A stretch of DNA of 64,000 nt from Candidatus Saccharimonadales bacterium (GCA_038216175.1 JBBQQG010000001.1:10033-74032); one strand, 5' to 3'; shown: positions 18,857 through 28,405, counted from the stretch's first letter. Program-made: numbers and translations. The notes: generated by a model not told the origin, from the sequence alone.

Positions 18857-19693
18857 TTATTTCCTCTTAGCCGAGTGACGGCTCCTTACAATAAACTTAG
18901 TACTGACCTTGCGGCGTCTGGTTTTAAAGCCCAAAGTCTTTTGACCCCAAGGCGTTCGAGGATCTTTGCCCATACCGTGTCGTCCGCCATCGCCGCCGCC
19001 ATGGGGGTGATCGGCTGCATTCATAACTACACCACGTACACCCGGTCGAATTCCGCGTTTACGATTTCGTCCGGCTTTGCCAATTTTAACGTTCTGGTGC
19101 TGTTCATTTCCAATTACTCCGATACTAGCTGTGCAGGCAACGTTAACCATCCGTACTTCGCCGCTGGGCAATCTAACTTGTGCGTACTGACCTTCTTTGG
19201 CCATCAACTGAGCACTAGTACCGGCTGATCGTACGATCTGAGCACCGCGACCAGGTATTAATTCAATTGCATGAAGTACACTTCCAACAGGAATATCTTT
19301 GATAGCTTTGCGGTTGCCGATTTCAATCGATGCTTCTTCGCCGGATTGTATTTTATGTCCGACTTTCATACCGCTGACTGCTAGAATATAGTGGAAAACT
19401 CCGGTAGAATCTTTAATTCGAGCAATTCGTGCGCTACGGTTAGGATCGTATTCAATTCCTTCAATTGTGGCAGTTGTACCGGCGCTGAGATTAAAGTTCA
19501 TAAGACGGTAGAATTGTCGAACACCGCCACCTTGATGCCTGGTTGTAATACGTCCTTGATTATTTCGTCCGCTGTGTTTTTTCTTTGCTACAAGTAGCGA
19601 CTTAAGTGGTTTTTTTAGCGTAATACTATCAAAATCCTGGGAAGTCATTCCCCGCTGTCCAGGAGTAGTCGGATTAAATGCTTTTATAGCCAT
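18857..19693 (-). CDS. rplB: 50S ribosomal protein L2
   Basis: Typical uL2 sequence including NAADHPHGGGDG. Confidence 0.95.
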   Translation of the reverse strand: MAIKAFNPTTPGQRGMTSQDFDSITLKKPLKSLLVAKKKHSGRNNQGRITTRHQGGGVRQFYRLMNFNLSAGTTATIEGIEYDPNRSARIARIKDSTGVFHYILAVSGMKVGHKIQSGEEASIEIGNRKAIKDIPVGSVLHAIELIPGRGAQIVRSAGTSAQLMAKEGQYAQVRLPSGEVRMVNVACTASIGVIGNEQHQNVKIGKAGRNRKRGIRPGVRGVVMNAADHPHGGGDGGRHGMGKDPRTPWGQKTLGFKTRRRKVSTKFIVRSRHSAKRK

Positions 19694-20052
19694 TATTTTT
19701 TCCTCCGAGAGGTTTCTCTTGTAGCTGGATTCTTGCTGTCATTAGCTGCTGGTTCTTCGGAAGCAAAGATCGCAAGACTGTCACCTTCTTTTAAGGTAAC
19801 ATAGGCTTTTTTTATATCGCTTCGTTTTCCATTGACCGATCGGCCGCCCCGACGGACAGTCCGTTTAACCTTGCCTTTAATATTCATCATATTGACGTCA
19901 ATTACTGTCACGTCAAATTGGCTTTTGACTGCATCGGCTACCGTCAATTTGTTGGCATTTTTTGGAACTTGAAAAACGTAAGTATTGCGAGAAAGACTTA
20001 GACCGTAGGCTTTTTCACTAATTTTTGGACGTATGACCATCGATTTACTCAT
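19693..20052 (-). CDS. rplW: 50S ribosomal protein L23 (C-terminal extension)
   Basis: uL23 core (KLTVADAVKSQFDVTV..VN) plus a roughly 20 aa charged tail. Confidence 0.9.
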   Translation of the reverse strand: MSKSMVIRPKISEKAYGLSLSRNTYVFQVPKNANKLTVADAVKSQFDVTVIDVNMMNIKGKVKRTVRRGGRSVNGKRSDIKKAYVTLKEGDSLAIFASEEPAANDSKNPATRETSRRKK

Positions 20053-20696
20053 TATTTTGTTTCCTTAACGATCAACCAGTCCGATAAAACAGCCAGTGCT
20101 TTAGTGGTAATAACGATGTGATCAGCATTTAAAAGGTCATATACGTTTACGTAGCGGGCATGAACCAGTTGATAATCTGATAAATTGGCAGTCGATCGAA
20201 CTAGAGATACTGATTTATCTTCAACTATGATAAGCGTATTTCGGCCGGCTCCTATTTTAGCCAGTAGTTTAGCTGCTTCGCTAGTTTTTGCTGTCTTAAA
20301 TTCTAAATCTTCAATAACAATTAACTTACCAGATTCAGCTGATAGGCTTAGTGCCTGACAGACTGCCCGTCTTTTAGCAGTAGTATTTAGCTTTTGACTA
20401 TAATTTTCGTTGCCGGTTGGACCAAAAACAATACCTCCACCACGCCAAATTGGGTTCCTAGAAGATCCGAATCTAGCCCGGCCAGTACCTTTTTGTTTCC
20501 ACGGTTTTTTACCACCGCCACGTATCAAGCCGCGGGTCTTAGTTACAGCATAGTTGCCTCGTCCGTTTGACAAATATCCGACGTAGGCAGATTTTAGAAG
20601 TTCGTGGTTTTTAGGCACGGCGCCGAAAACATTCTTATCTAATTTTGCGGCTACCGATGCTTTATTGCCAGATTTAGTAAATGTAGAGACCGCCAT
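20052..20696 (-). CDS. rplD: 50S ribosomal protein L4
   Basis: KPWKQKGTGRARFGS motif. Confidence 0.95.
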   Translation of the reverse strand: MAVSTFTKSGNKASVAAKLDKNVFGAVPKNHELLKSAYVGYLSNGRGNYAVTKTRGLIRGGGKKPWKQKGTGRARFGSSRNPIWRGGGIVFGPTGNENYSQKLNTTAKRRAVCQALSLSAESGKLIVIEDLEFKTAKTSEAAKLLAKIGAGRNTLIIVEDKSVSLVRSTANLSDYQLVHARYVNVYDLLNADHIVITTKALAVLSDWLIVKETK

Positions 20697-20697
20697 T

Positions 20698-21309
20698 TTA
20701 GATAGCTCCCTTTACAATTACTATACCTTTTTTAGGACCTGGTACTGCTCCCGATACGCCTATGACTCCAAGGTCGGTGTCGACTAGTTCGATCTTCAAA
20801 TTTCGTACAGTTACTGTTTCGTCGCCCATATGGCCAGCCATTTTTTTACCTTTGAAAATATGCTGGGGATACATTGATCCGATAGATCCGGGACGTCGGT
20901 AGCTACGTCCACCATGAGTTTTTCTTCCTCGGTGAAAGTTATGGCGCTTAATTGTGCCGGCAAAACCTTTGCCTTTGGAAGTACCGGTAACTTGAACAAT
21001 ATCGCCGATAGCAAAAGTGTCGGCTGCGATACTGCTGCCGACACTCAAGTTTTCTTCTATTTCATTTTGTCTAATTTCACGGACAATTTTAGGTGTAACT
21101 TTTGACTTAGCAAAGTGGCCTTTTAGCGCTTTTCCAATGTTTTTAGCCGTTTCAGATCCAATCTGGACTGCGCTATATCCGTCGGTATCAATTGTCTTTA
21201 TCTGGGTAACTACGCTGGGAGAAGCTGAAAGCAGAGTTACGGCCTTAACTACACCATTTTCATTGATGGTGCTAGTCATGCCTAACTTCCTAGTAATTAA
21301 TGCTTTCAT
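20698..21309 (-). CDS. rplC: 50S ribosomal protein L3
   Basis: MKALITRKLGMTS start with a GGGGAG SD. FKGKKMAGHMG motif. The track ORF start at 21357 is judged too long. Confidence 0.95.
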   Translation of the reverse strand: MKALITRKLGMTSTINENGVVKAVTLLSASPSVVTQIKTIDTDGYSAVQIGSETAKNIGKALKGHFAKSKVTPKIVREIRQNEIEENLSVGSSIAADTFAIGDIVQVTGTSKGKGFAGTIKRHNFHRGRKTHGGRSYRRPGSIGSMYPQHIFKGKKMAGHMGDETVTVRNLKIELVDTDLGVIGVSGAVPGPKKGIVIVKGAI

Positions 21310-21356
21310 ATCTCCCCTGTAAAAACGTTTATTCCATTTGAATCTGGCAAAGTGCA

Positions 21357-21452
21357 AGACACAAAAATGCTTGGTGTCTGCTAGTCTCTACCCTTGTTAA
21401 TGCGGTAGACTGGGCAACTCACCAAGTAACGGAAAGTTTTATATACCGTTAA
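21357..21452 (-). promoter_or_regulatory. candidate structured 5' leader of the rplC operon (three hairpins)
   Basis: Hand-found stems: GACAC/GTGTC (21358-21378), TCTACC/GGTAGA (21387-21409) and TAACGG/CCGTTA (21427-21451), all upstream of rplC. Confidence 0.3.
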
Positions 21453-21560
21453 AGGGTAACACTGCAAGCCTACTCCTGTCAATATGTTGTATATACTACT
21501 ATATTAATTTATGTTTTAGTTTAATAATTGCGTATTATATTTGAATAGATTGGAGATAAT

Positions 21561-22103
21561 ATGGAAGTCGCGCTAGTGAACTCATTTCACGATATTGAAC
21601 CCGAGCATTTATATGATCGCGGTTTTAAGCTACTCGGTGTAGATATTGAAAATGTTATAACTGATTATCGGTCTAGCGAAGTTTTTCCAGGTGTAGCTGA
21701 GAAATTTGAGGAACTTGAAACAAGCGTAAAAGGGCTAAAAACTGTGTTAATAACTAATAGTACCGACATTCATATTATTAATGAAGTTCTCGATCAGATC
21801 GGAGACCATTTCATTTATTCACCGATCGGAGGTTACAATAAAAAGCCGTCAAGTGACATGTTTAGAGCAGCCATATGCTCTGAAGCAGTCTATCCTAATC
21901 AGGCAGCTCTCGTCGATGACCAGTTTAAATCTTATTTCGGCGCTAAAAACGCCGGTTATCGATCTTTTTTCTGGACTTTGCCAGATGGAGAAAATAGTCA
22001 TCCTGCCGTAAAAGCATTTCGACCGGTTGAGACGTCGCTGATCAGACCGTATTATTATCTTAAGAATATAGCTAATCGACGTAGCGATAGTATTTTATCG
22101 TAA
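21561..22103 (+). CDS. HAD-superfamily phosphatase, YqeG/subfamily IIIA-like (degenerate motif I)
   Basis: Motif I reads VDIENVIT (DxE, not DxD). ITNST, YNKKPS and LVDDQ motifs are present. GGAG SD 6 nt upstream. Confidence 0.5.
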   Translation: MEVALVNSFHDIEPEHLYDRGFKLLGVDIENVITDYRSSEVFPGVAEKFEELETSVKGLKTVLITNSTDIHIINEVLDQIGDHFIYSPIGGYNKKPSSDMFRAAICSEAVYPNQAALVDDQFKSYFGAKNAGYRSFFWTLPDGENSHPAVKAFRPVETSLIRPYYYLKNIANRRSDSILS

Positions 22104-22126
22104 TTAATAATTAAGCTGAGTTTGAT

Positions 22127-22402
22127 CTATTTAAAAACTGTTATATAGATACCGGCTTGTGTTGCGTAGCCGATTAGCATCGCTACCAGTAGAACCGCGT
22201 ATTCTATTTTTCTATCAATTTTAAAATGATCGTGCGATGCAATCAGAAGTCCGATTATAAGTCCGATCGGTAAAGGAATAACTCTTGTCAGCTGGGGATT
22301 TACAAACCTTATCCACTGGCCGCCAATTATTAAATAAATTACTAGTTTGAGAAAGTAGACGCTGTCTCGTTCGTTAGTTTCAACTATTTTCTTTTTAGCC
22401 AT
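22127..22402 (-). CDS. small integral membrane protein (hypothetical)
   Basis: 91 aa with three hydrophobic segments. Confidence 0.5.
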   Translation of the reverse strand: MAKKKIVETNERDSVYFLKLVIYLIIGGQWIRFVNPQLTRVIPLPIGLIIGLLIASHDHFKIDRKIEYAVLLVAMLIGYATQAGIYITVFK

Positions 22403-22442
22403 TTCGTTAATTTAAGCATAACCACGACAACCAGGCAACTAG

Positions 22443-22922
22443 TTAGCCTAGCACCCTATGTTTGATTAAAAACGGATGTACTTTTGGAAACTGAGAATGT
22501 AGCGGGCTGGGAAGACTATCGGCATCAAACCAACCTAACTCAGCAATTTTATCAGGTTCATTATTTTTTACCGTTTTAGGATCGACTAACACTGCGTGGG
22601 CAATAGCTATCCAATGGGTTTGAATGCCGTTTAAATTACGGTGGGCGTCGTAAGTAGTTAGATAATCTATTCGTTTTGGAATAACGCCGATTTCTTCAAA
22701 TAGTTCTCGAGTTATGGTTTCGATTAGTGTTTCACCGAACTCAACTGCGCCGCCGACTGCATCCCAGTTACCTTGTTCGTCTCTTGCGTTAGGTCCTCTT
22801 TTTTGAAGCAGTATCCGTCCTTTGCCGTCATGAACTATAGCGACAGCCGACACTCCGATATGGTCAATGCCCCGCCTAAGATCGGTTTTAGGATTAGCTA
22901 TGTTTATTTTTTTGATGGCCAT
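22443..22922 (-). CDS. NUDIX hydrolase
   Basis: Nudix box GGAVEFGETLIETITRELFEEIG. Confidence 0.8.
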   Translation of the reverse strand: MAIKKINIANPKTDLRRGIDHIGVSAVAIVHDGKGRILLQKRGPNARDEQGNWDAVGGAVEFGETLIETITRELFEEIGVIPKRIDYLTTYDAHRNLNGIQTHWIAIAHAVLVDPKTVKNNEPDKIAELGWFDADSLPSPLHSQFPKVHPFLIKHRVLG

Positions 22923-23577
22923 GATCTAATAATTGTACCGCTTTTAGTACTTGTGAAAAATTATTTACAAATATATCGACAGTATTTTCGCCGAAATCTT
23001 TTTTTGACAACAGTCCGCTTTCTAGCGATGCAATGAAATATAGTCCAGCTCCTTTAGCAGCCAGAGCGTCGTTTACGGTATCGCCGACGTATACACATTC
23101 TTCCGGTTTCCAGCCGTGGTTTGATTCGATTAACTGAAAAACTCTGGGATCGGGCTTATGAAACTTAAGATTGTCTTTATAATAAAACGCCTGTATACGG
23201 CTAGCTAGAATATGGTCTGGCTCCAGCATATGTTTTAGCTCATTATGCGAACGCGATGTCAGCACATACATCGATCGATCTTCTTGAATAAATTTATCCA
23301 GTATCTTTAAATTGTTTTCAGGTATCACGTCAAGTTTTTTTAAGTCTACGTAGCGCTCAATTAATTTGTAATATTCACGCCTAAATTCATCTAAATTTAT
23401 ACCCGGTGCCCAGAAATGGACTGCTTGTTCAGCCGGCTTACCCCAATGCTGATTATGTACTTTTCGGCTGACCGGAGGATAGCCAAGTATTTTAAGTACT
23501 TCGTTATCACCCTCAAATGCAACATCTTTTGTCATTACTAATGTATCGTCGAGATCAAGAATTACGGCTTTTATCAT
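22894..23577 (-). CDS. HAD-family hydrolase
   Basis: Motif I VILDLDDTLV, motif II VLTSRS, motif IV YVGDTVNDALAAKGAG. Confidence 0.8.
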   Translation of the reverse strand: MIKAVILDLDDTLVMTKDVAFEGDNEVLKILGYPPVSRKVHNQHWGKPAEQAVHFWAPGINLDEFRREYYKLIERYVDLKKLDVIPENNLKILDKFIQEDRSMYVLTSRSHNELKHMLEPDHILASRIQAFYYKDNLKFHKPDPRVFQLIESNHGWKPEECVYVGDTVNDALAAKGAGLYFIASLESGLLSKKDFGENTVDIFVNNFSQVLKAVQLLDHGHQKNKHS

Positions 23578-23954
23578 TGGTTAAACCGCAGCACCATGCC
23601 AGGATGGCCGACTATTTCAGCCGGCAAGTTATCGTGGATTATCAATGCATCCGGCGATTCAATTTTGGCGAAGTTATTTTCAGCTACAAATATATTTAGT
23701 CCAGTTTCATCGAAGAATTTTATTCTAGAACAAAGCTGGCCAGCTGTTTTAGCTATTTTTAAGTGACGGTTATAATCTTCGACAATGTAGCGGCCAAGGC
23801 TTCTGTCATCTATTTCGTTCCATAATGCCCGCTTAAAACTGATTCGGCTTTCAATTTTTATACCTGCGAAAATATTGCCAACTACTGTATGTCTTAGCAG
23901 GTTGCCAAATGAGCTGTCTTCTTCGACCGGGTTTATTTTATCTACTGAAAACAT
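23574..23954 (-). CDS. hypothetical protein
   Basis: 126-aa ORF with a 4-nt overlap onto the downstream HAD gene. No recognisable motif. Confidence 0.45.
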   Translation of the reverse strand: MFSVDKINPVEEDSSFGNLLRHTVVGNIFAGIKIESRISFKRALWNEIDDRSLGRYIVEDYNRHLKIAKTAGQLCSRIKFFDETGLNIFVAENNFAKIESPDALIIHDNLPAEIVGHPGMVLRFNQ

Positions 23955-24025
23955 TACGACTAATCTATAATCTTTCTTATGTATTTAATTCGTTTTAAAG
24001 TAATTATTATGCCTGCAAATTTTTT

Positions 24026-24202
24026 ATGACGAGCAGCTTTGATTCTCAAAAGTGTAAATCTAAAACTCGCTTTAACAGCGATAGTTCTGCCCAGTCTGCT
24101 CTTAAAAAGTTAAATCCGAAAAAATTATCAGGTAGTCCGATAAGAGTTTATAAATGCCCTGCTTGTAGCGGCTGGCATCTGACAAGGTCAAAACTTAGGT
24201 AA
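24026..24202 (+). CDS. small zinc-ribbon-like protein (hypothetical, 58 aa)
   Basis: Below the ORF-track cutoff. Hand translation gives [58 protein letters not shown], with a C-x39-CPAC..WHLT motif. Confidence 0.4.
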   Translation: MTSSFDSQKCKSKTRFNSDSSAQSALKKLNPKKLSGSPIRVYKCPACSGWHLTRSKLR

Positions 24203-24209
24203 TACAGCT

Positions 24210-24656
24210 CTACATTTTAATTTCGGCGTCGCAACCGGCTGGCAAACTGAGGTTCATCAAGCTGTCGATTGTCTTGGGGGTCGGGTCGCTTATATCGATA
24301 AGGCGTTTATGTACCCGCATTTCGAACTGTTCCCGGCTTTTCTTATAGACATGAGGGCTTTTAACGACTGTATATACCGTTTTACGGGTTGGTAGCGGAA
24401 TCGGTCCCGATATTACTGCACCGGTTCGTAGCGCCGTATCGACAATCTGTTTTGCAGCCTGATCGATTACTTTATGATCATATGCTTTAAGCCTGATTCT
24501 AATTCTTTGTTTTACTGGAGCATCAGGTTTTTTTGCTGCTTCTTTTTTAACTGTCACTGGCTTTTTTGCTTCAGCCGGTACGCTTTTCTCTGCTACAGCG
24601 CTAGGTTTGGTTTCTGGTTTTGCCGCTTTTTTAGGTTCGGTTTTGGCTTCAGCCAT
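24210..24656 (-). CDS. rpsJ: 30S ribosomal protein S10 with a roughly 47-aa Lys/Ala/Pro/Glu-rich N-terminal extension
   Basis: Core [26 protein letters not shown]...[38 protein letters not shown] upstream. Confidence 0.9.
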   Translation of the reverse strand: MAEAKTEPKKAAKPETKPSAVAEKSVPAEAKKPVTVKKEAAKKPDAPVKQRIRIRLKAYDHKVIDQAAKQIVDTALRTGAVISGPIPLPTRKTVYTVVKSPHVYKKSREQFEMRVHKRLIDISDPTPKTIDSLMNLSLPAGCDAEIKM

Positions 24657-24858
24657 CGAATCTCCCTTTGGTGTAACATTAACACCTGGTATATAGAATC
24701 CAAGGTATTAACTTTTAGTCACCATAATTAATTTACAAATGTTATTGTATCTTTTATGATAAACTTTTTCAAATTATAAATAATAATCCTTATGCTTGCG
24801 TATCAGATTTTATCCGTCTATAAATATTTGAGAAACGTATTAGTTAAACGGAGGTTTT

Positions 24859-25893
24859 ATGGATCCAGAAATTAAAGTTGATGAAACTATAGTTCAGCAG
24901 GCCGAACTCGAAACTTTTATTGATACATATACCAATTCGATTAGAGAATATGAAGTTGAATCCACTTTTACCGACGAAGAAATAATGCGCGAAGAAGAAT
25001 TAATAGATAGAACTCGGCAACGTATTAACGCCGCTAAAAATAAACTCGCAAGTAAATTTAGTGAAGTAAAACAAATTCAGTATCATTGCCGTGATCTAGC
25101 TTATGAAGTGCTAGCCGACGAAAAATCAGATATTCCGCATAAATTAATAGCCGGTTTTATGATTAATGTTGATCCATCCACCGCCTTAAAAGGAGCAAAT
25201 AATTTATCACAAGTAAATGAAATAATAAAAAACGAAAAAAGTACGCCAATAATACATATAAAGGGTACAAACGATGCTGATCATCAAATTACAATCGGAA
25301 ATTTAGTTAGTATCGAACATAGATTTAGCAAAGATGGCCTACGATTACTTGCAAACCTCGAAGATTCGACGTTGATTGATAGTAAGTCCCGAAATCCCAA
25401 GAGAAGTTACATGGTACGTAAAATAACCGGCGACGTTCCTTTTGAACTTAATTTAGACACCCAGGAGATGTCAAATAATATTTTTGATCCAAATTATATA
25501 AATTTTGATCAACCGTCGAAGGATGAAACTAAAACAAAACCGATTATTGTCAGCGGGCTGTTAATTGGACAACAAGCAATTACTAATTATTTTTACGCTA
25601 TGATTGAAAATAACTCTAATTATGCAGAATCTGAGCGTGTCCAAAATAACCTTATTTATCAATTGTGGGAAGGATTGAAAAATGCCGGAGTTGAAATTCC
25701 TTTGAATGATATTCTAAAAAGTTTGTGGATCGAAAAAATAAAAGATGAGGTAACAAGTCCAATTGTCAGGACCTTAGAATCCACTGAAAATATTGAAAGA
25801 AAAAGGCTACTGTCGGAACTTGGAGTAGAAGTAGATGAATCAGTTATTGTACTAGAAGCTCTAGCAAGAATTAGGCAAAATAAACAAAATTGA
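24859..25893 (+). CDS. hypothetical protein (344 aa, acidic coiled N-terminus)
   Basis: Long ORF with an ACGGAGG SD 5 nt upstream. No recognisable domain. Confidence 0.55.
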   Translation: MDPEIKVDETIVQQAELETFIDTYTNSIREYEVESTFTDEEIMREEELIDRTRQRINAAKNKLASKFSEVKQIQYHCRDLAYEVLADEKSDIPHKLIAGFMINVDPSTALKGANNLSQVNEIIKNEKSTPIIHIKGTNDADHQITIGNLVSIEHRFSKDGLRLLANLEDSTLIDSKSRNPKRSYMVRKITGDVPFELNLDTQEMSNNIFDPNYINFDQPSKDETKTKPIIVSGLLIGQQAITNYFYAMIENNSNYAESERVQNNLIYQLWEGLKNAGVEIPLNDILKSLWIEKIKDEVTSPIVRTLESTENIERKRLLSELGVEVDESVIVLEALARIRQNKQN

Positions 25894-25965
25894 GGTAAGA
25901 ATACAGCTAATAACCAGTAACCATTCCTTATTTCAATTAAGCCAGATATTGGCGTAACTATTTAT

Positions 25966-25994
25966 TTGTAAACACCTATTTTTAGGCTTATACT
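25966..25994 (+). promoter_or_regulatory. candidate sigma-70-type promoter for the pilin-like gene
   Basis: TTGTAA, 17 nt spacer, TATACT, about 30 nt upstream of the ATG at 26024. AT-rich background, so weak evidence. Confidence 0.3.
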
Positions 25995-26023
25995 AAGCGC
26001 AAATATAATAAAATGACTATCAG

Positions 26024-26917
26024 ATGGATCACATAAAAAGCAGTCAAGATGGTTTTAGCGCAGTAGAAGCACTTATTATTCTGGTAGTTATTTGTTTAAT
26101 AACCAGCATTGGGTATTATATTTACAAAAGTAAATCGTCGAACAGAATTATTGTCGGTAATACTGTCAAAACGATTCAAACCGATGCTGAGCAAAATAAA
26201 CTGGATAAAATTAAATACAAAATAGGGCAACTTGACCACCGGACGGATATAGCAGTTAGTACTTATACAATTGACGATATTAAAATGACAGATCCGACTT
26301 CGATGGTTACATTACCGCCATATTTTACTTTTATTTTTAACGGGTCGAGTTATGCTAATGATAAAAATATAGCTCCAGTTGGTACTGCCGGTCCAAATGG
26401 ATCGGGCGGCAATCAAGCACTTCAAAGGGATAAAATTGATACCATTTTAAAATATGAAGGTCTAACTCAATCAGCCAAAAATGGTACTGAGCCCGGTATA
26501 ACTATTACATATGAAAGTAAGCTAGTTTTGTGTACCGAAGGTGATAGTATTGGTGTTGCTACAGTATCATGTATCGGAAAGAAGGAATTTAATCAGGATA
26601 TAGCCGACATAAAAACAGCATTTCAAGCTTTAAAAAATAAGTTCTCCAACGTAGATACGACTCAGTATTCTATTATTAACTATACTGAAGGCACGACCGA
26701 CGAGGTCAAGGGTATTTATATTAGCAATCTAACAGGATCAAGTATGAAACAGGCGGATTATGGCGCCTATTTAGTTAAATTATCCGGTTCGTGGCGGTAC
26801 ATTGCAAGCAATACTGCTGGTCGACAGGGGCAACTATCACCTAGTTGCGATGTTATAAATAAGCCAGAATATCATAACGTATTTAAATCATATTACCCTG
26901 CACCTTGCGGAATCTAG
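26024..26917 (+). CDS. type IV pilin-like / pseudopilin protein
   Basis: Class III signal MDHIKSSQDG|FSAVEALIILVVICLITSIGYYIY (G-F cleavage context, Glu at +5), followed by a globular domain with Cys pairs. Confidence 0.7.
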   Translation: MDHIKSSQDGFSAVEALIILVVICLITSIGYYIYKSKSSNRIIVGNTVKTIQTDAEQNKLDKIKYKIGQLDHRTDIAVSTYTIDDIKMTDPTSMVTLPPYFTFIFNGSSYANDKNIAPVGTAGPNGSGGNQALQRDKIDTILKYEGLTQSAKNGTEPGITITYESKLVLCTEGDSIGVATVSCIGKKEFNQDIADIKTAFQALKNKFSNVDTTQYSIINYTEGTTDEVKGIYISNLTGSSMKQADYGAYLVKLSGSWRYIASNTAGRQGQLSPSCDVINKPEYHNVFKSYYPAPCGI

Positions 26918-26997
26918 TCTAGTCATGATTAATAATGAACAAACCTATTCTTTTTTATATATAAAGCTAAGATAAAGTCTCGTTATTACAGATTGAT

Positions 26998-28136
26998 CTA
27001 TTTTACAACCGATGGTGTGCCATCACCATTACCCTCGGTATATATATAGCATTGCTGTCCTAGAAATGCTTTGTGTACGTCGGGATCCTTTTGATATTCA
27101 GAACATGCTGGGGCATTATCTATCCCCCACGCAAATACTGTCCACGTATTGCCTTTTTGATAGAGCCAAGCTCTCACAGACTCCCCCCCGCTATTTTTGG
27201 CCGTATCAAACGGTATAACTTCTAATATATTTATAACTTTATATCCTGGGGTTTTACTATCTAAAATTACAGGGGTACCAATCCCAACGGGTATATCAGT
27301 TTTGCTAAAATACTTCTCTGATCCTGGGGGATTGACCTTGTTAGCAGCAATTTTTACAGCATCAAATATTGGCTTGTCGGCCACAGTCGTTTTATTAATA
27401 TCATTACTATCAACGCAACTTACATCAATAGTTAAATCAGAACTAAAACTGCATACCGTATGAGTTTCTGCATTTTCGTACAAGCCGCTTACAGATGTCT
27501 GTGGATTATTATCTTGTTTTGTTTGTAGCCGGAAACCAGCATCAACTAATAGATTTTTGATTGCGGGAGTGGCAGTTTTGACGATTTCTTGACCCCTATC
27601 TTGCTCTTCTTGATTAAAAGTAGCGGGGTTATCACTACTGGTCAATGTTTTTTCTGTCTTTGTCGGTTGGAATGATACCCAAGTACTTGTTGTCATTCTT
27701 TGTAAAACATAATAATCTGCACCTGGTAAACTACCAAAGTCATCATCAGGGGGTTCAATAGTGTCTCCCTTATTGTCAAACAAGTATGTAGAATTTTGCC
27801 TTGTTCGCTCAACTAAAACCGTTTGCGTCGGCACAACTTTTCGTAACATTGCTATTAGTTCAGTGGCATTTCGACTCTTGTGTTGGTAGTCGTAATTAAT
27901 ACTTTTGCTAGTTTTATCATCTTGATAGCCATTGTAAAGTCCTATACTCACGTAGAGTACGACTAGTCCCAGTAAACAGGTCCCAACCCATATAAATATC
28001 TTTTTTTGTTTTTGTTTTTTTTATTTACTGTTTCTTCCGGTTTAGTTTTAGTGTCATCTTCTAAAACGTTAATACCCTGAGCTGTTTCATCTTGTTCCGT
28101 TGCTATAGTTTGAGGTCGTAGATTAGGTGATTCCAT
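26998..28136 (-). pseudogene. membrane-anchored extracellular protein split by a frameshift in a poly-A tract (paralog of the pilin-like globular domain)
   Basis: The 5' piece runs from ATG 28136 to TAG 27963 (MESPNLRPQTIATEQDE...NKKNKNKKRYLYGLGPVYWD*). The 3' piece is the track ORF 26998..27951, whose frame upstream reads KKQKQKKIFIWVGTCLLGLVVLYVSIGLY, a TM helix with no start codon of its own. One extra A in the tract joins the two. Confidence 0.6.
28001..28022 (-). repeat. homopolymer-rich tract A8-C-A5-C-A7 (minus strand) at the frameshift site
   Basis: Plus strand reads T7 G T5 G T8 at 28001-28022. Confidence 0.9.
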
Positions 28137-28405
28137 ATGAAGTCTTCGGTCTACTAAATTGGGTCTTTCGTATTTAAAATTATGCCCTATATTTTCTACT
28201 AATATACATCACTATTATTTATTTTAGCGTAAGCTATAAGCAAATAATTTGCAAATATCTGACATTTAGCATATGTCTATTGATAAATAAACTTAGTTAA
28301 CTATCACTTCGATCGCCTAAAAACCCTTTATTAATAAACGCAGAATTCTCAATGCTTCATAGCAATTGGGAGCAAGACATCAACTTGCATTGGTATCTTA
28401 GATAA

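Noticed and set aside
27949-27951. The GTG at 27951 as the genuine start of the 317-aa ORF.
   Set aside because: It falls in the middle of a hydrophobic helix that continues upstream in the same frame without a start codon. The upstream ATG ORF joins it with a single-nt change in the A-tract.
28240-28252. GCAAATAATTTGC palindrome upstream of the frameshifted surface-protein gene.
   Set aside because: The arms are only 6 bp in very AT-rich intergenic DNA, and I saw no second copy. This is insufficient to call an operator.
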